Shown: positions 27,520 to 36,645 of the stretch, one piece after another
Numbering within the stretch: position 1 is the stretch's first letter
How the letters are laid out: every line of letters begins with the position of its first letter
From: Crocinitomicaceae bacterium
GTDB lineage: Bacteria > Bacteroidota > Bacteroidia > Flavobacteriales_D > Crocinitomicaceae
Direction: 5' to 3'
Assembly (NCBI GenBank): GCA_042094515.1
Contig: JBELDA010000005.1
Coordinates: forward strand, 22,077-86,076
DNA length: 64,000 bases
Position numbers and translations under genes: made by a program
Notes under the pieces: model-generated
Told to the model about the DNA's origin: nothing
Databases searched by the model: none
The model's input: the letters and a program-made list of their open reading frames with translations, nothing else

Positions 27520-28140
27520 CTATTTGATTTCTTTTACAAATTTACGGATAGTATCTTTGTTTATCAATGAAAACAAAGGAACTCTGAATAGTGTTTCAAC
27601 TCCTGTCATTTCCTCAATTATTGTTGCTGTTTCTGGGAGTTCATCACCAACATATACAATTCCATAAACTGGAATACGTCGGTGTTTTAGGTGTGCTAAT
27701 GTGAGAAGTGTATGATTGATATTCCCTAAATATTCCTTGACGACAAGAACTACAGGATAATTAAACTTAGCAACGATATCGCAAATGGTATGGTTATTAT
27801 AATTTAAAGGGACTAAAAGGCCTCCAGCTCCTTCAATTATCAATTTTGAATTTGATGTAGGAAGTTTAATTTCATCTAATACAATACTATTGTTTTCAAT
27901 TTTGGCAGCGGCATGAGGAGATAAAGGGTTGTCCAGTAAATAGGATTCAGGATGTACTTTGAAATTAGAACGACTTACCAGGTTTTGTAATAATTCCGAG
28001 TCCGTACCCAGATCTCTTCCTGTTTGAATCGGTTTCCAATAATCATATCCTAGAAATTCACAAAGTATTGCTGAAACAATAGTTTTGCCAACATCAGTGC
28101 TAATGCCTGTGACAAATAATGGAGTATCTGGGGTCTTCAT
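27520..28140 (-). CDS. bioD: dethiobiotin synthase
   Basis: 206 aa. P-loop FVTGISTDVGKT and IIEGAGGLLVPL. Confidence 0.85.
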   Translation of the reverse strand: MKTPDTPLFVTGISTDVGKTIVSAILCEFLGYDYWKPIQTGRDLGTDSELLQNLVSRSNFKVHPESYLLDNPLSPHAAAKIENNSIVLDEIKLPTSNSKLIIEGAGGLLVPLNYNNHTICDIVAKFNYPVVLVVKEYLGNINHTLLTLAHLKHRRIPVYGIVYVGDELPETATIIEEMTGVETLFRVPLFSLINKDTIRKFVKEIK

Positions 28141-28175
28141 TAGTTTAATTCTTTAAAATAGAAAGTCCTACATTT

Positions 28176-28643
28176 TTAATCTTTATGAGGGATATATACA
28201 TAAGTCATTTTTGTTCTCCAACCACCTACGTTTAATATCACCTCTGCATCTCTCTGCTCAACACTCGTTAAAGGTCTTAGATCAATAATCATAGTTTCAT
28301 CTGTAAGAGAGCAGGTCTCACCAGATCCCTTGATGTGTAACCTTGCCTCACGTGCCTCTCTGTTTTGTTCATCATAGAAGAGAGGTCCGCCAATAAATTC
28401 AAATGAATCATTCCCCGAGCAAGAAACTTTATATTCAATCTGCATGTACAAGAGGTTGGCATCTATATATGCATCAATCACTCTAAATGGTTTTCCATTC
28501 GATTTGAAAGCACCTAGTTTTGCCTTCATGTCAATTTCTTCCATTCCATTTTGAAAGAAATAGGGGTCAATTACAGTGGTTTTTCTGCATCCCAAAATGG
28601 ACACAATAATGCAAATTATAAAAGTAATTTTCTTAAACATCAT
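28176..28643 (-). CDS. hypothetical lipoprotein
   Basis: The internal start MMFKKITFIICIIVSILGCRK (lipobox LGC) removes the ORF-track overlap with divergent rimO. No known domain. Confidence 0.5.
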   Translation of the reverse strand: MMFKKITFIICIIVSILGCRKTTVIDPYFFQNGMEEIDMKAKLGAFKSNGKPFRVIDAYIDANLLYMQIEYKVSCSGNDSFEFIGGPLFYDEQNREAREARLHIKGSGETCSLTDETMIIDLRPLTSVEQRDAEVILNVGGWRTKMTYVYIPHKD

Positions 28644-28681
28644 ACTTATATGCGAAAGTAGCTTAATTTTGCAACACAACG

Positions 28682-29998
28682 ATGAAGACAAAAACCTTAA
28701 AGAAAAATAAAATTAACGTAGTTACTCTCGGTTGCTCAAAGAATACATTTGATTCTGAAGTAATGATGGCACAGCTCAAAGCCAATCGATTTGACGTTAC
28801 TCACGAAGCATTGGAAGATGATGCTGAAGTGGTGATTATAAATACATGCGGATTTATAGACAATGCCAAACAAGAATCAATTGACACCATTATTCGTTAT
28901 GCAGAAGCTAAAAAGGATGGTGATGTTGAAAAAGTGTATGTTACAGGTTGCTTATCTGAGCGCTACAAATCTGATCTAGAATCTGAGATTCCAGAGGTTG
29001 ATGCTTTTTTCGGAACGCGTGAGCTTCCAAGGTTATTGAAAACTTTAAAAGCAGATTACAAGCATGAATTGGTAGGTGAGAGGTTGCTGACTACTCCAAG
29101 TCATTATGCCTATTTTAAAATTGCAGAGGGCTGTGATCGTCCTTGTTCCTTTTGTGCGATTCCTTTGATGCGAGGAAAGCATATTTCCACTCCAATCGAG
29201 GAGTTGGTTCATCAAGCAAAAATATTGGCAGCAAAGGGAGTGAAAGAGCTAATGCTTATTGCACAAGATTTAACCTACTATGGTTTAGATTTATATAAGA
29301 AGAGGGCTTTAGCCGATTTACTCGAGAAATTATGCTTGGTTGAAGGTATTGAATGGATTCGTCTTCATTATGCATTTCCTTCAGGTTTTCCCATGGACGT
29401 GCTGAGTGTAATGAAAGATAACCCAAAGATTTGTAATTATCTTGACATGCCTCTTCAGCATGGTTCAACTAAAATGCTAAAGGCAATGAGGAGAGGGATT
29501 ACAAGAGAAAAAACAGAAGAGCTTATTGCCAATATTAGAGAAGAAGTGCCAGGAATTGCATTGAGAACAACTTTAATTGCCGGTTATCCCGGAGAAACAG
29601 AGGCAGACTTTAAAGAGATGTATGACTGGGTTGAGCGCAGTCGATTTGATCGTTTGGGAATTTTTGCCTATTCACATGAAGAAAACACCCACGCTTATAA
29701 TTTTACAGATGATGTTCCTCAGCAGCTTAAAAAGGAACGGTCAGATATTATCATGGATCTGCAATCAGGAATTAGTCATGACCTAAACCAACAAAGGGTT
29801 GGTCAAACCTTGAAGGTGCTATTTGATAGGGTTGAGGGAGGATATTTTATTGGAAGGACCGAATTTGATTCTCCCGATGTGGATAATGAAGTATTGCTTC
29901 GAAAAGAAGGTAATTATGTCCGAATAGGAGATTTTGAAAATATACGTATTACAAGTGCAGATCATTATGACTTATACGGTGACGTACATTCCCAATAA
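28682..29998 (+). CDS. rimO: ribosomal protein S12 methylthiotransferase
   Basis: 438 aa. N-terminal UPF0004 block VVTLGCSKN...INTCGFI, radical-SAM CDRPCSFC (Cx3Cx2C), and a C-terminal TRAM-like domain. Confidence 0.9.
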   Translation: MKTKTLKKNKINVVTLGCSKNTFDSEVMMAQLKANRFDVTHEALEDDAEVVIINTCGFIDNAKQESIDTIIRYAEAKKDGDVEKVYVTGCLSERYKSDLESEIPEVDAFFGTRELPRLLKTLKADYKHELVGERLLTTPSHYAYFKIAEGCDRPCSFCAIPLMRGKHISTPIEELVHQAKILAAKGVKELMLIAQDLTYYGLDLYKKRALADLLEKLCLVEGIEWIRLHYAFPSGFPMDVLSVMKDNPKICNYLDMPLQHGSTKMLKAMRRGITREKTEELIANIREEVPGIALRTTLIAGYPGETEADFKEMYDWVERSRFDRLGIFAYSHEENTHAYNFTDDVPQQLKKERSDIIMDLQSGISHDLNQQRVGQTLKVLFDRVEGGYFIGRTEFDSPDVDNEVLLRKEGNYVRIGDFENIRITSADHYDLYGDVHSQ

Positions 29999-30000
29999 AC

Positions 30001-30732
30001 CTACCACGTAAACATTAAGGTTCTTCTACCACAATTCGTGCGAGAAAGAAATCCAAGTGAGATGTTTAACTCAAAATTCACTTGAAATTCAAGGGCATTA
30101 AGCGGGCTAGGATTAGCGATTTCGGGATAGTTTTGAAATGGAAACGAAATCTCTTTTCCATAACTGCTTCGCAATTCGGTAAAGTCATACATCATTCTTA
30201 AACCAACAATAAGTGTCACTCTTTCATTTCCAATAAAATAGCCGCCTATCCCTAAAACTCCACGAATGTAGTCATCAAAAATAAATATATCTGGTAATGG
30301 AGTAATGTCAGTAACGTATTGTGAAGAGGCTCTCCCAAATTCTGGACCAGCCTCAATAAACGAACCGCCATTTGTGTATCTATATAAGGGTGTAAACCTA
30401 AAACCAGACATTCCAAAATCCATTCTAAAAGTTTCGCTTATTCCCATTCCAGGAACTTCGTTTTGATCAATTGAGAAATTTCGATTATTTACTCCGAGGT
30501 CAATTACAACAGAATGCTTTTCGGAGAAATTAACTCCGATTTTTCCACTAAATGTAGTATTCAATCGAGGTAAGTAGTTTACTTGATTGACTTGATAAAA
30601 TTCTTTTTGAGTGATGAAGCTGGTTCCTATTCCAGCATTAAAACCAAGATCAAACCATAATTGAGCCCTACCATTTGAGTTAAATGTCAGCAACAACAGA
30701 GTGAGTAGTAATGCTTTCTTTTTTAGAATCAT
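30001..30732 (-). CDS. porin-family outer-membrane beta-barrel protein (hypothetical)
   Basis: 243 aa with a signal peptide, alternating amphipathic strands, and a terminal aromatic residue (...LMFTW). Confidence 0.55.
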   Translation of the reverse strand: MILKKKALLLTLLLLTFNSNGRAQLWFDLGFNAGIGTSFITQKEFYQVNQVNYLPRLNTTFSGKIGVNFSEKHSVVIDLGVNNRNFSIDQNEVPGMGISETFRMDFGMSGFRFTPLYRYTNGGSFIEAGPEFGRASSQYVTDITPLPDIFIFDDYIRGVLGIGGYFIGNERVTLIVGLRMMYDFTELRSSYGKEISFPFQNYPEIANPSPLNALEFQVNFELNISLGFLSRTNCGRRTLMFTW

Positions 30733-30850
30733 TTTGCAATTTAATCAATAGTCTATTCTTTACCAACAGTTCAGACAATTGTGATATAATGATCTTTTCT
30801 ATTCACTTTAATCTTTAGGATATTTCTTATCTTCGCCGAAAGATTTTAGA

Positions 30851-31990
30851 ATGAAGGTATATCTTGATAATGCGGCAACGACTCCTTTAGCTCCAGAAGT
30901 ATATGAAGCGATGGCACCTGTAATTAAAAATAATTTTGGAAATCCTTCATCTAGTCATTTCTTTGGTCGTAACGCGAAAGCGTTAATTGAAAATTCAAGA
31001 AGGAATATTGCAAAACATTTGAATTGCAATCCCGCTGAGATCATTTTTACCTCGGGAGGAACAGAGGCAGACAATATGGCTTTACTTTCCTCAGTTACGG
31101 AGCTAGGTGTAAAGAGAATAATTACTTCCAAAATTGAGCATCATGCCGTGGGGCATACTGCAGAGCATCTTTGTCAAGAATATGGAGTTCAAGTCGAATA
31201 TGTGGATTTATGTAAAAAAGGAAATGTCGATTTAAAACATCTTGAATCTTTACTTGATAACTCCATTCCTACGTTGGTTTCGCTAATGCATGCAAATAAT
31301 GAAATAGGAACGCTTTTACCTCTAAAGGAAGTTTCTTTGATGTGTAGAAAGTTTGGCGCATTGTTTCATTCTGATACGGTTCAGACCATGGCACACTATG
31401 ATTTTGACCTTAAAGACCTAGATATAGATTTCTTGACTTGTGCAGCTCATAAATTTCATGGTCCGAAAGGTATTGGGTTTTTATATTGTAATTTAAAAAC
31501 AAAATTGGTTCCAATGATCCATGGAGGAGCTCAAGAGAGAGGTTACCGAGGAGGAACTGAAAATATTTATGGTATTGTTGGTTTGTCAAAAGCTATGGAT
31601 TTGGCTTATTTAGATTTAAAGGAACACCAAGAGCATGTTTGGAGTCTAAAAAACCACATGATTAATGAATTCAAAAAACATTTTAAGGAAATTGAATTTC
31701 ACGGAGAGATAGATCGAGAAAAGTCACTTTTTACAGTTCTAAATGTTTGTTTTCCTGCTACCGAAAAGGCTTCAATGCTATTATTTACTTTGGATTTAAA
31801 AGGAATTGCGGCAAGTGGGGGTAGTGCTTGTTCTTCGGGTTCAAATAAAGGCTCTCATGTATTGGTAGGCATAGAAGCTAATATGAATCGACCAAATGTT
31901 CGTTTCTCTTTTTCAAGGTATACCACAATGCAAGATATCGATTATGCAATTACGGAGATAGTCAATATATTTAAGAACAATATAGTATAG
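30851..31990 (+). CDS. cysteine desulfurase (NifS/IscS family, class V aminotransferase)
   Basis: 379 aa. YLDNAATTP, PLP Lys in AHKFHGPKGIG, and active-site Cys in SGGSACSSG. Confidence 0.85.
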   Translation: MKVYLDNAATTPLAPEVYEAMAPVIKNNFGNPSSSHFFGRNAKALIENSRRNIAKHLNCNPAEIIFTSGGTEADNMALLSSVTELGVKRIITSKIEHHAVGHTAEHLCQEYGVQVEYVDLCKKGNVDLKHLESLLDNSIPTLVSLMHANNEIGTLLPLKEVSLMCRKFGALFHSDTVQTMAHYDFDLKDLDIDFLTCAAHKFHGPKGIGFLYCNLKTKLVPMIHGGAQERGYRGGTENIYGIVGLSKAMDLAYLDLKEHQEHVWSLKNHMINEFKKHFKEIEFHGEIDREKSLFTVLNVCFPATEKASMLLFTLDLKGIAASGGSACSSGSNKGSHVLVGIEANMNRPNVRFSFSRYTTMQDIDYAITEIVNIFKNNIV

Positions 31991-32025
31991 TCTTTATTGA
32001 AAATTTTAGTTTTCAATAGTGTAGA

Positions 32026-33135
32026 ATGAAAATATTACATCTGCCTTTATGGGTTCCAAATAAAAATGATATTCAGCTCGGGAATTTTATTCAGGAGCAT
32101 ATTGCCCTGTCCGCAATAAATAATGAGGTGCATTCTTTGGTGTTTTTATCAGATGAAAATATTGAAAAAATAAAAATTGAATCTAGTTCTAATGCCACTC
32201 GTATATATTATCCTAAAAGCAGAAATAGGATCATTAATTTTTTTCGCTATTTAAAAGCGGCAAAAATGGGTGTAGAAGCAGTGAAAAAGAAAGGTTTTGA
32301 ACCCGAATTAGTGCATTGCCACGTCGCAGGACGAAATTTATGGATAGCACAGAAATATTACCTCAATAAACCTATTGTTTTATCTGAGCATTGGTCTGGG
32401 TATTTAAATGGCAATTTCGAGAGTCAATCATATTTGGTGAAAAAATACCTGATTCGAAAAATTAACCGTTGTGATATTGTTACTAGTGTTTCGGCTCATT
32501 TAGCAGAAGGGATGAGACTCCAAGGCGTAACTAACAATATTGTACTCTTACAGAACGTGATAAGATGTAGAAAGAAGCTCGAGCTAAATAAGTCTGAAGG
32601 CATGAACTTTTTAATTGTTGCCGATTTGTTAGATGAGGTTAAAAATATCAGTGGAGTAATCACAGCAATGCATCATCTTCATTCGAAGTATACTGAAATT
32701 AAGCTTTATATCATAGGGGATGGCCCAGATTCAGATGATTTAAAAAATACAGTTAAAGCACTTGGTTTGGGAGCGAAGATTTCTTTTCTCGGTAGGCTTG
32801 TTCAAACTGAGGTTCAGAATCATTTATTAGTATCAGACTGTGTCATAGTAAACAGCAATTATGAAACATATTCAATGGTCACAATTGAGTCTATTTTAAC
32901 TGGAGTGCCAGTAATTGCGACAAGATGTGGGGGGCCTGAGCAATTTGTGAATACACAAAATGGTATTCTAATTCCAAAATCAGATTCCGCAAGTTTGGAA
33001 AAAGCCATGGAAGAGATGATTCAAAATAGAATGGGTTTTAACCCAAAAACAGTTAGAGAGTCACTCAGTGAAGACTATTCTGTCAATAAAGTAGAAAAAG
33101 ATTTAACTAAAATTTATTTAGGATTGACCCAATAA
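32026..33135 (+). CDS. glycosyltransferase family 4
   Basis: 369 aa. C-terminal GT-B block NSNYETYSMVTIESILTGVPVIATRCGGPEQFV (EX7E-type motif). Confidence 0.75.
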   Translation: MKILHLPLWVPNKNDIQLGNFIQEHIALSAINNEVHSLVFLSDENIEKIKIESSSNATRIYYPKSRNRIINFFRYLKAAKMGVEAVKKKGFEPELVHCHVAGRNLWIAQKYYLNKPIVLSEHWSGYLNGNFESQSYLVKKYLIRKINRCDIVTSVSAHLAEGMRLQGVTNNIVLLQNVIRCRKKLELNKSEGMNFLIVADLLDEVKNISGVITAMHHLHSKYTEIKLYIIGDGPDSDDLKNTVKALGLGAKISFLGRLVQTEVQNHLLVSDCVIVNSNYETYSMVTIESILTGVPVIATRCGGPEQFVNTQNGILIPKSDSASLEKAMEEMIQNRMGFNPKTVRESLSEDYSVNKVEKDLTKIYLGLTQ

Positions 33136-33138
33136 TAA

Positions 33139-33609
33139 CTATTTAAATGTAAAATTCTTTTGTATTAAGTAGCTTATGATTACAACAATACAAGAAGAAA
33201 TTATATTCGCTATACTTGGATAAACTTGAAGCATTTCAATGAATAGCTTTAGGATCAACCAGTTTGCAACCCATGTAATCAAGCTGCTTAGTCCGTAACG
33301 GAATAATTGTATCCTTCCTTTAAGTTCACTCTTAATGAACACTACATATTTCATTAAAAGAAATCCAATCGTAAAAGCAATTAAAAAACATATAAAGGAG
33401 CTGAGAGTGTAGGCGCTAATTGAATAATCAATGTAGGAGATGTAAAAGACTTTTTTTTGAAATACAAATTGAAAAAATAAAAAAAATAGAAACCAGCTCA
33501 AAACAAGGTTCCCTGTTCCACATGCCGCATAATAATATGTGGTTTTGTCAAAAACACGACTTACCAAGGGGTAAAATAAATCCAAAACATGTCTAATAAA
33601 CTTAACCAT
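33139..33609 (-). CDS. GtrA-family membrane protein
   Basis: 156 aa with four hydrophobic helices; size and pattern fit GtrA-like polysaccharide-synthesis proteins. Its start overlaps the preceding gene by 8 nt. Confidence 0.65.
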   Translation of the reverse strand: MVKFIRHVLDLFYPLVSRVFDKTTYYYAACGTGNLVLSWFLFFLFFQFVFQKKVFYISYIDYSISAYTLSSFICFLIAFTIGFLLMKYVVFIKSELKGRIQLFRYGLSSLITWVANWLILKLFIEMLQVYPSIANIISSCIVVIISYLIQKNFTFK

Positions 33610-34399
33610 TCAATGTCAATTGTATTTCAAAACTAGTGTGTCTCCTGACGTTAAAAACATATTGCTCATCAAAGATTAAATATTGTCCTTTGATACCGGT
33701 CAATATTCCTGATATGTTTTCTTGTTTTTCTAGACTTAGTGAGGTTATTTTTTCAGGAAACTTGTTCACTGGATAATTCAATTCGAGAATATCATCATTT
33801 TCGGTAAAGTATTGCTGGAGGTCCTGAGGTAAAAGGTCATGGCATTTCCATTTTTCCTCAACTAGATCAATGCTCTCATCTTGAAGATTTTTGAGCATAC
33901 TTCTCCAATTTGTTTTATCAGAATAAAAAGATTTTAGTGCAACTTCTGTGACGCCGGCGAGATATCTGTTTGGTGTTTGTGCCAAAACAATGGCTTTATT
34001 TGCACCTTGATCGATCCATCTGGTTGGTACTTGTGTATCTCGTGTAACACCTACTTTCGCTTTGTCTGTAGCCGCTAAATAAACGATGTGTGGTTTATTA
34101 TGGTGTTTCTCTTCAAATTCAATATCTCTTCCAATTCCTAAATGTGCTTGGCATAATTCCGGTTTAATAATACATGGGCTTGCCTCAGGCGCAGAAATGA
34201 AACAGGGGTAACAGAAACCTTCTCCAAATGATCTTTTGGTTTTTTTTGAGCATTTTGAACAAAAGATATTTCCTGTCCAATTTATTTCAATCTGTTTATG
34301 AAGAAAGTCATTCATTAAGACAGATTTAGACTCAGAAAATAATCTATACTCTATGGGGGTGCCAATAGAGGTGCTCATTTTGTGTAGTGTTAATTTCAT
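33602..34399 (-). CDS. conserved hypothetical zinc-ribbon protein (possibly DUF2797 family)
   Basis: The preferred start MKLTLHKM at 34399 forms an ATGA overlap with the gldC stop. Cx2C-x13-Cx2C (FCSKCSKKTKRSFGEGFCYPCF) indicates a zinc ribbon. The family assignment is from memory only. Confidence 0.55.
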   Translation of the reverse strand: MKLTLHKMSTSIGTPIEYRLFSESKSVLMNDFLHKQIEINWTGNIFCSKCSKKTKRSFGEGFCYPCFISAPEASPCIIKPELCQAHLGIGRDIEFEEKHHNKPHIVYLAATDKAKVGVTRDTQVPTRWIDQGANKAIVLAQTPNRYLAGVTEVALKSFYSDKTNWRSMLKNLQDESIDLVEEKWKCHDLLPQDLQQYFTENDDILELNYPVNKFPEKITSLSLEKQENISGILTGIKGQYLIFDEQYVFNVRRHTSFEIQLTLNG

Positions 34400-34734
34400 T
34401 CTGGAAGGATCTTCATTTTTTCTGCAAAATGATAACAATAGTCTCTCAAGTCTTCACAAATGTTATTCTCTCCGGTAGCTTTTTCAAATGTGTCTGCCAT
34501 AGATAATAGAGATTGATGAAAAAATTGTTTCATTTCTTCTATGGACATGTCTTTGGTCCATAAGTCTATTTTCATGGTGTTTTTTTCTTTCGGATCCCAG
34601 AGCGATAATAAAAAAGCAGAGGTGAGGGCTTTATTCGTTTCACTACCTTCAGCATCCCATCTCATTTCAATAGGTAGGTTGTTTTCATTTAAATCAACCT
34701 GTATTTTAATTTCGGATGTTTTTGTTTTTGCCAT
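34396..34734 (-). CDS. gldC: gliding motility protein GldC
   Basis: 112 aa. IKIQVDLNENNLPIEMRW...LWDPKEKNTMKIDLWTKDMSIEEMKQFFHQSLLSMADTFEKAT matches the GldC pattern as I recall it. It sits immediately downstream of a gldB-like gene, as in Flavobacterium johnsoniae. Confidence 0.8.
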   Translation of the reverse strand: MAKTKTSEIKIQVDLNENNLPIEMRWDAEGSETNKALTSAFLLSLWDPKEKNTMKIDLWTKDMSIEEMKQFFHQSLLSMADTFEKATGENNICEDLRDYCYHFAEKMKILPE

Positions 34735-34735
34735 G

Positions 34736-35779
34736 TTAAGGATTGTATTTCTTTAAAATTGTTTTGTAGTCCAATTTGACTATTTCGGATAGAGATATTT
34801 CTTCTTCAAAGATATAGTTTCTTACCATCTTCCACCCTAAGTATTGACCAAGTCGATCAGGACTTTGCTCCGAAAACCCAATGGTGTAGGGGCCGTTGTT
34901 CAAAATAAAGGCATGGTCTTTTTCATTCCTTGAAAAAAGGAGCTTGTTTGTTTTTAGATATTTCCACAACGCCTTTTCATTTTTTTCGGCCCAATTATAT
35001 TGATCAACGCTCCAGCGAAGCAATATTTCAGGTTTAATGTCTTCATTTCCCAACCTAAGTGCCATCTCAGTAATTACACAAATCTTACCCCATTCGATAA
35101 TTTTACTAATGAGGAACTCTTGTTCACTATCTGGAATGGTATTATTGTAGATCAAGGTAGACATCAAAAGGTCTCTTAGTAAATATTTTTTTTCAAATCC
35201 AGACTTGAGCCACTGTGGAAATGCGTCTGGAGGCAAAGAGTTTTGAATTACTTTTTTATTGCCTCCAATATATCTTTCAGTGCCAACTATGATTGTTCCA
35301 TTTTCAAGATATACGTTTCCTCCAAAGTTCGTATTTGTCAAGATTATTTTTTTGGGGTATTCTTTTTCTGGAAAATGATGTTTTAGACGCTTAAATGCTT
35401 CTACAATCTCACTGGACTCTTGGACATAACTCTTAAATACATTGCGAATTTCTTTTTCTGTTTCCTTAACATAATCTTGAGCAAAATAAGATTTCCAAAC
35501 TTGAATGATTGAGGTGTCAAGCGAATTGTATGTTTTGTAATTGTTGGTCAATAGCTCCAAAACTTCTGATTCTTCACTAAGATATTGGTTAAATAAAGCT
35601 GTATCGGATATTAAATCAGTTCCTTTGAGGTTGTTTATCTCTAGCTTTAGTTGTACTTCTTTGGTGTTGGAGTCAAGTGGGCTTTTTGAACCAAAAGGGT
35701 CTAGAATCCATATTAAACAAAGCATAAACATTGTTGCTGCTAAGCTGATAATAATCCATTTTTTGGGCCGACGATTCAC
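34736..35779 (-). CDS. gldB: gliding motility lipoprotein GldB
   Basis: 347 aa. Hydrophobic N-terminus with Cys, and the C-terminal SPDRLGQYLGWKMVRNY...ILKKYNP typical of GldB. GTG start. There is a 1-nt spacer to gldC. Confidence 0.75.
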   Translation of the reverse strand: MNRRPKKWIIISLAATMFMLCLIWILDPFGSKSPLDSNTKEVQLKLEINNLKGTDLISDTALFNQYLSEESEVLELLTNNYKTYNSLDTSIIQVWKSYFAQDYVKETEKEIRNVFKSYVQESSEIVEAFKRLKHHFPEKEYPKKIILTNTNFGGNVYLENGTIIVGTERYIGGNKKVIQNSLPPDAFPQWLKSGFEKKYLLRDLLMSTLIYNNTIPDSEQEFLISKIIEWGKICVITEMALRLGNEDIKPEILLRWSVDQYNWAEKNEKALWKYLKTNKLLFSRNEKDHAFILNNGPYTIGFSEQSPDRLGQYLGWKMVRNYIFEEEISLSEIVKLDYKTILKKYNP

Positions 35780-35798
35780 GAGAATTCTTATTTTTGTT

Positions 35799-35806
35799 CA
35801 AAAGTA
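35799..35806 (-). promoter_or_regulatory. candidate -7 promoter box for gldB operon
   Basis: The minus-strand sequence TACTTTTG matches TAnnTTTG, about 20 nt upstream of the gldB GTG at 35779. Confidence 0.35.
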
Positions 35807-35838
35807 ACAATACTCTTAAATCTAAATGTTTTATTGAT

Positions 35839-36639
35839 ATGAAAAAGATAATTTACATTCCATTAACTCTTTTGTTCTGCATACAAGTTGGTTCTTTGTT
35901 TTCGCAGGAAGCAGGAAGTAAAAATATTCAGGCAGGTCTTACCTTTAATGCTGGTGCTAACTTTTTATCTCCAGGTTCAACTAAAATAACAACTGATGGT
36001 GCAGGTTCCTTATTAAGTATTGGTGTTGCCATTCACAGTAGCTTTAAGTCTTCCGAGAACCTTGGGTTAGCGACTGGAATAGATTTCGATTTCGGTAAAA
36101 ATAATTACAGTCCAAGTAACATTACTTATGTAGATTATGTCGAGGGTGAGGTATTGACTCAAGAAAATTCTGGTGATGCAACAGGCGTGATGAGATTGGA
36201 AAAAAGAGATCTTAAAACAATCAAGCTATCCATACCTTTAATGCTTCTTTTTAGAACTAATTTTATTGGTGATTTTAGGTATTTTGGAAAGTTTGGTCTG
36301 AGAAATAGCTTTTTATTGTCTCAAAAATTTACAGATATAGGAACGGATGCTTTGGGTGTTGAAAATATCACCAATGAGCTAATGAGCTCTCCAGGAGAGT
36401 TCTTCATATATAATGGGAGTGTAGGTTTGAGTGCAGGTGCAGAATGGAATTTTGTGGGTTCCACATGTCTCGTTTTAGAAGCCGGATACTATTACGGAAT
36501 CACACCGTATTTTTTAAATCGGAAGGATGCAAATAAGACTATGTACAACGTAACATCGCTTGTGCCTTTTGAAACCGATTATTACTCGGCATCTGCTAGG
36601 CAGAATCAATTAATCTTCAAATTATCAGTATTGTTCTAA
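35839..36639 (+). CDS. outer-membrane beta-barrel protein (hypothetical)
   Basis: The ATG at 35839 gives the signal peptide MKKIIYIPLTLLFCIQVGSLFSQ. It has a beta-strand-rich body and ends ...FKLSVLF. Confidence 0.55.
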   Translation: MKKIIYIPLTLLFCIQVGSLFSQEAGSKNIQAGLTFNAGANFLSPGSTKITTDGAGSLLSIGVAIHSSFKSSENLGLATGIDFDFGKNNYSPSNITYVDYVEGEVLTQENSGDATGVMRLEKRDLKTIKLSIPLMLLFRTNFIGDFRYFGKFGLRNSFLLSQKFTDIGTDALGVENITNELMSSPGEFFIYNGSVGLSAGAEWNFVGSTCLVLEAGYYYGITPYFLNRKDANKTMYNVTSLVPFETDYYSASARQNQLIFKLSVLF

Positions 36640-36645
36640 TCTATT

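Noticed and set aside
28682-28691. Apparent head-to-head overlap of rimO with the 171-aa minus-strand ORF
   Set aside because: The overlap disappears with the internal start at 28643 or 28640. That start gives a proper lipoprotein signal peptide (MMFKKITFIICIIVSILGC), so the overlap is an ORF-extension artefact.
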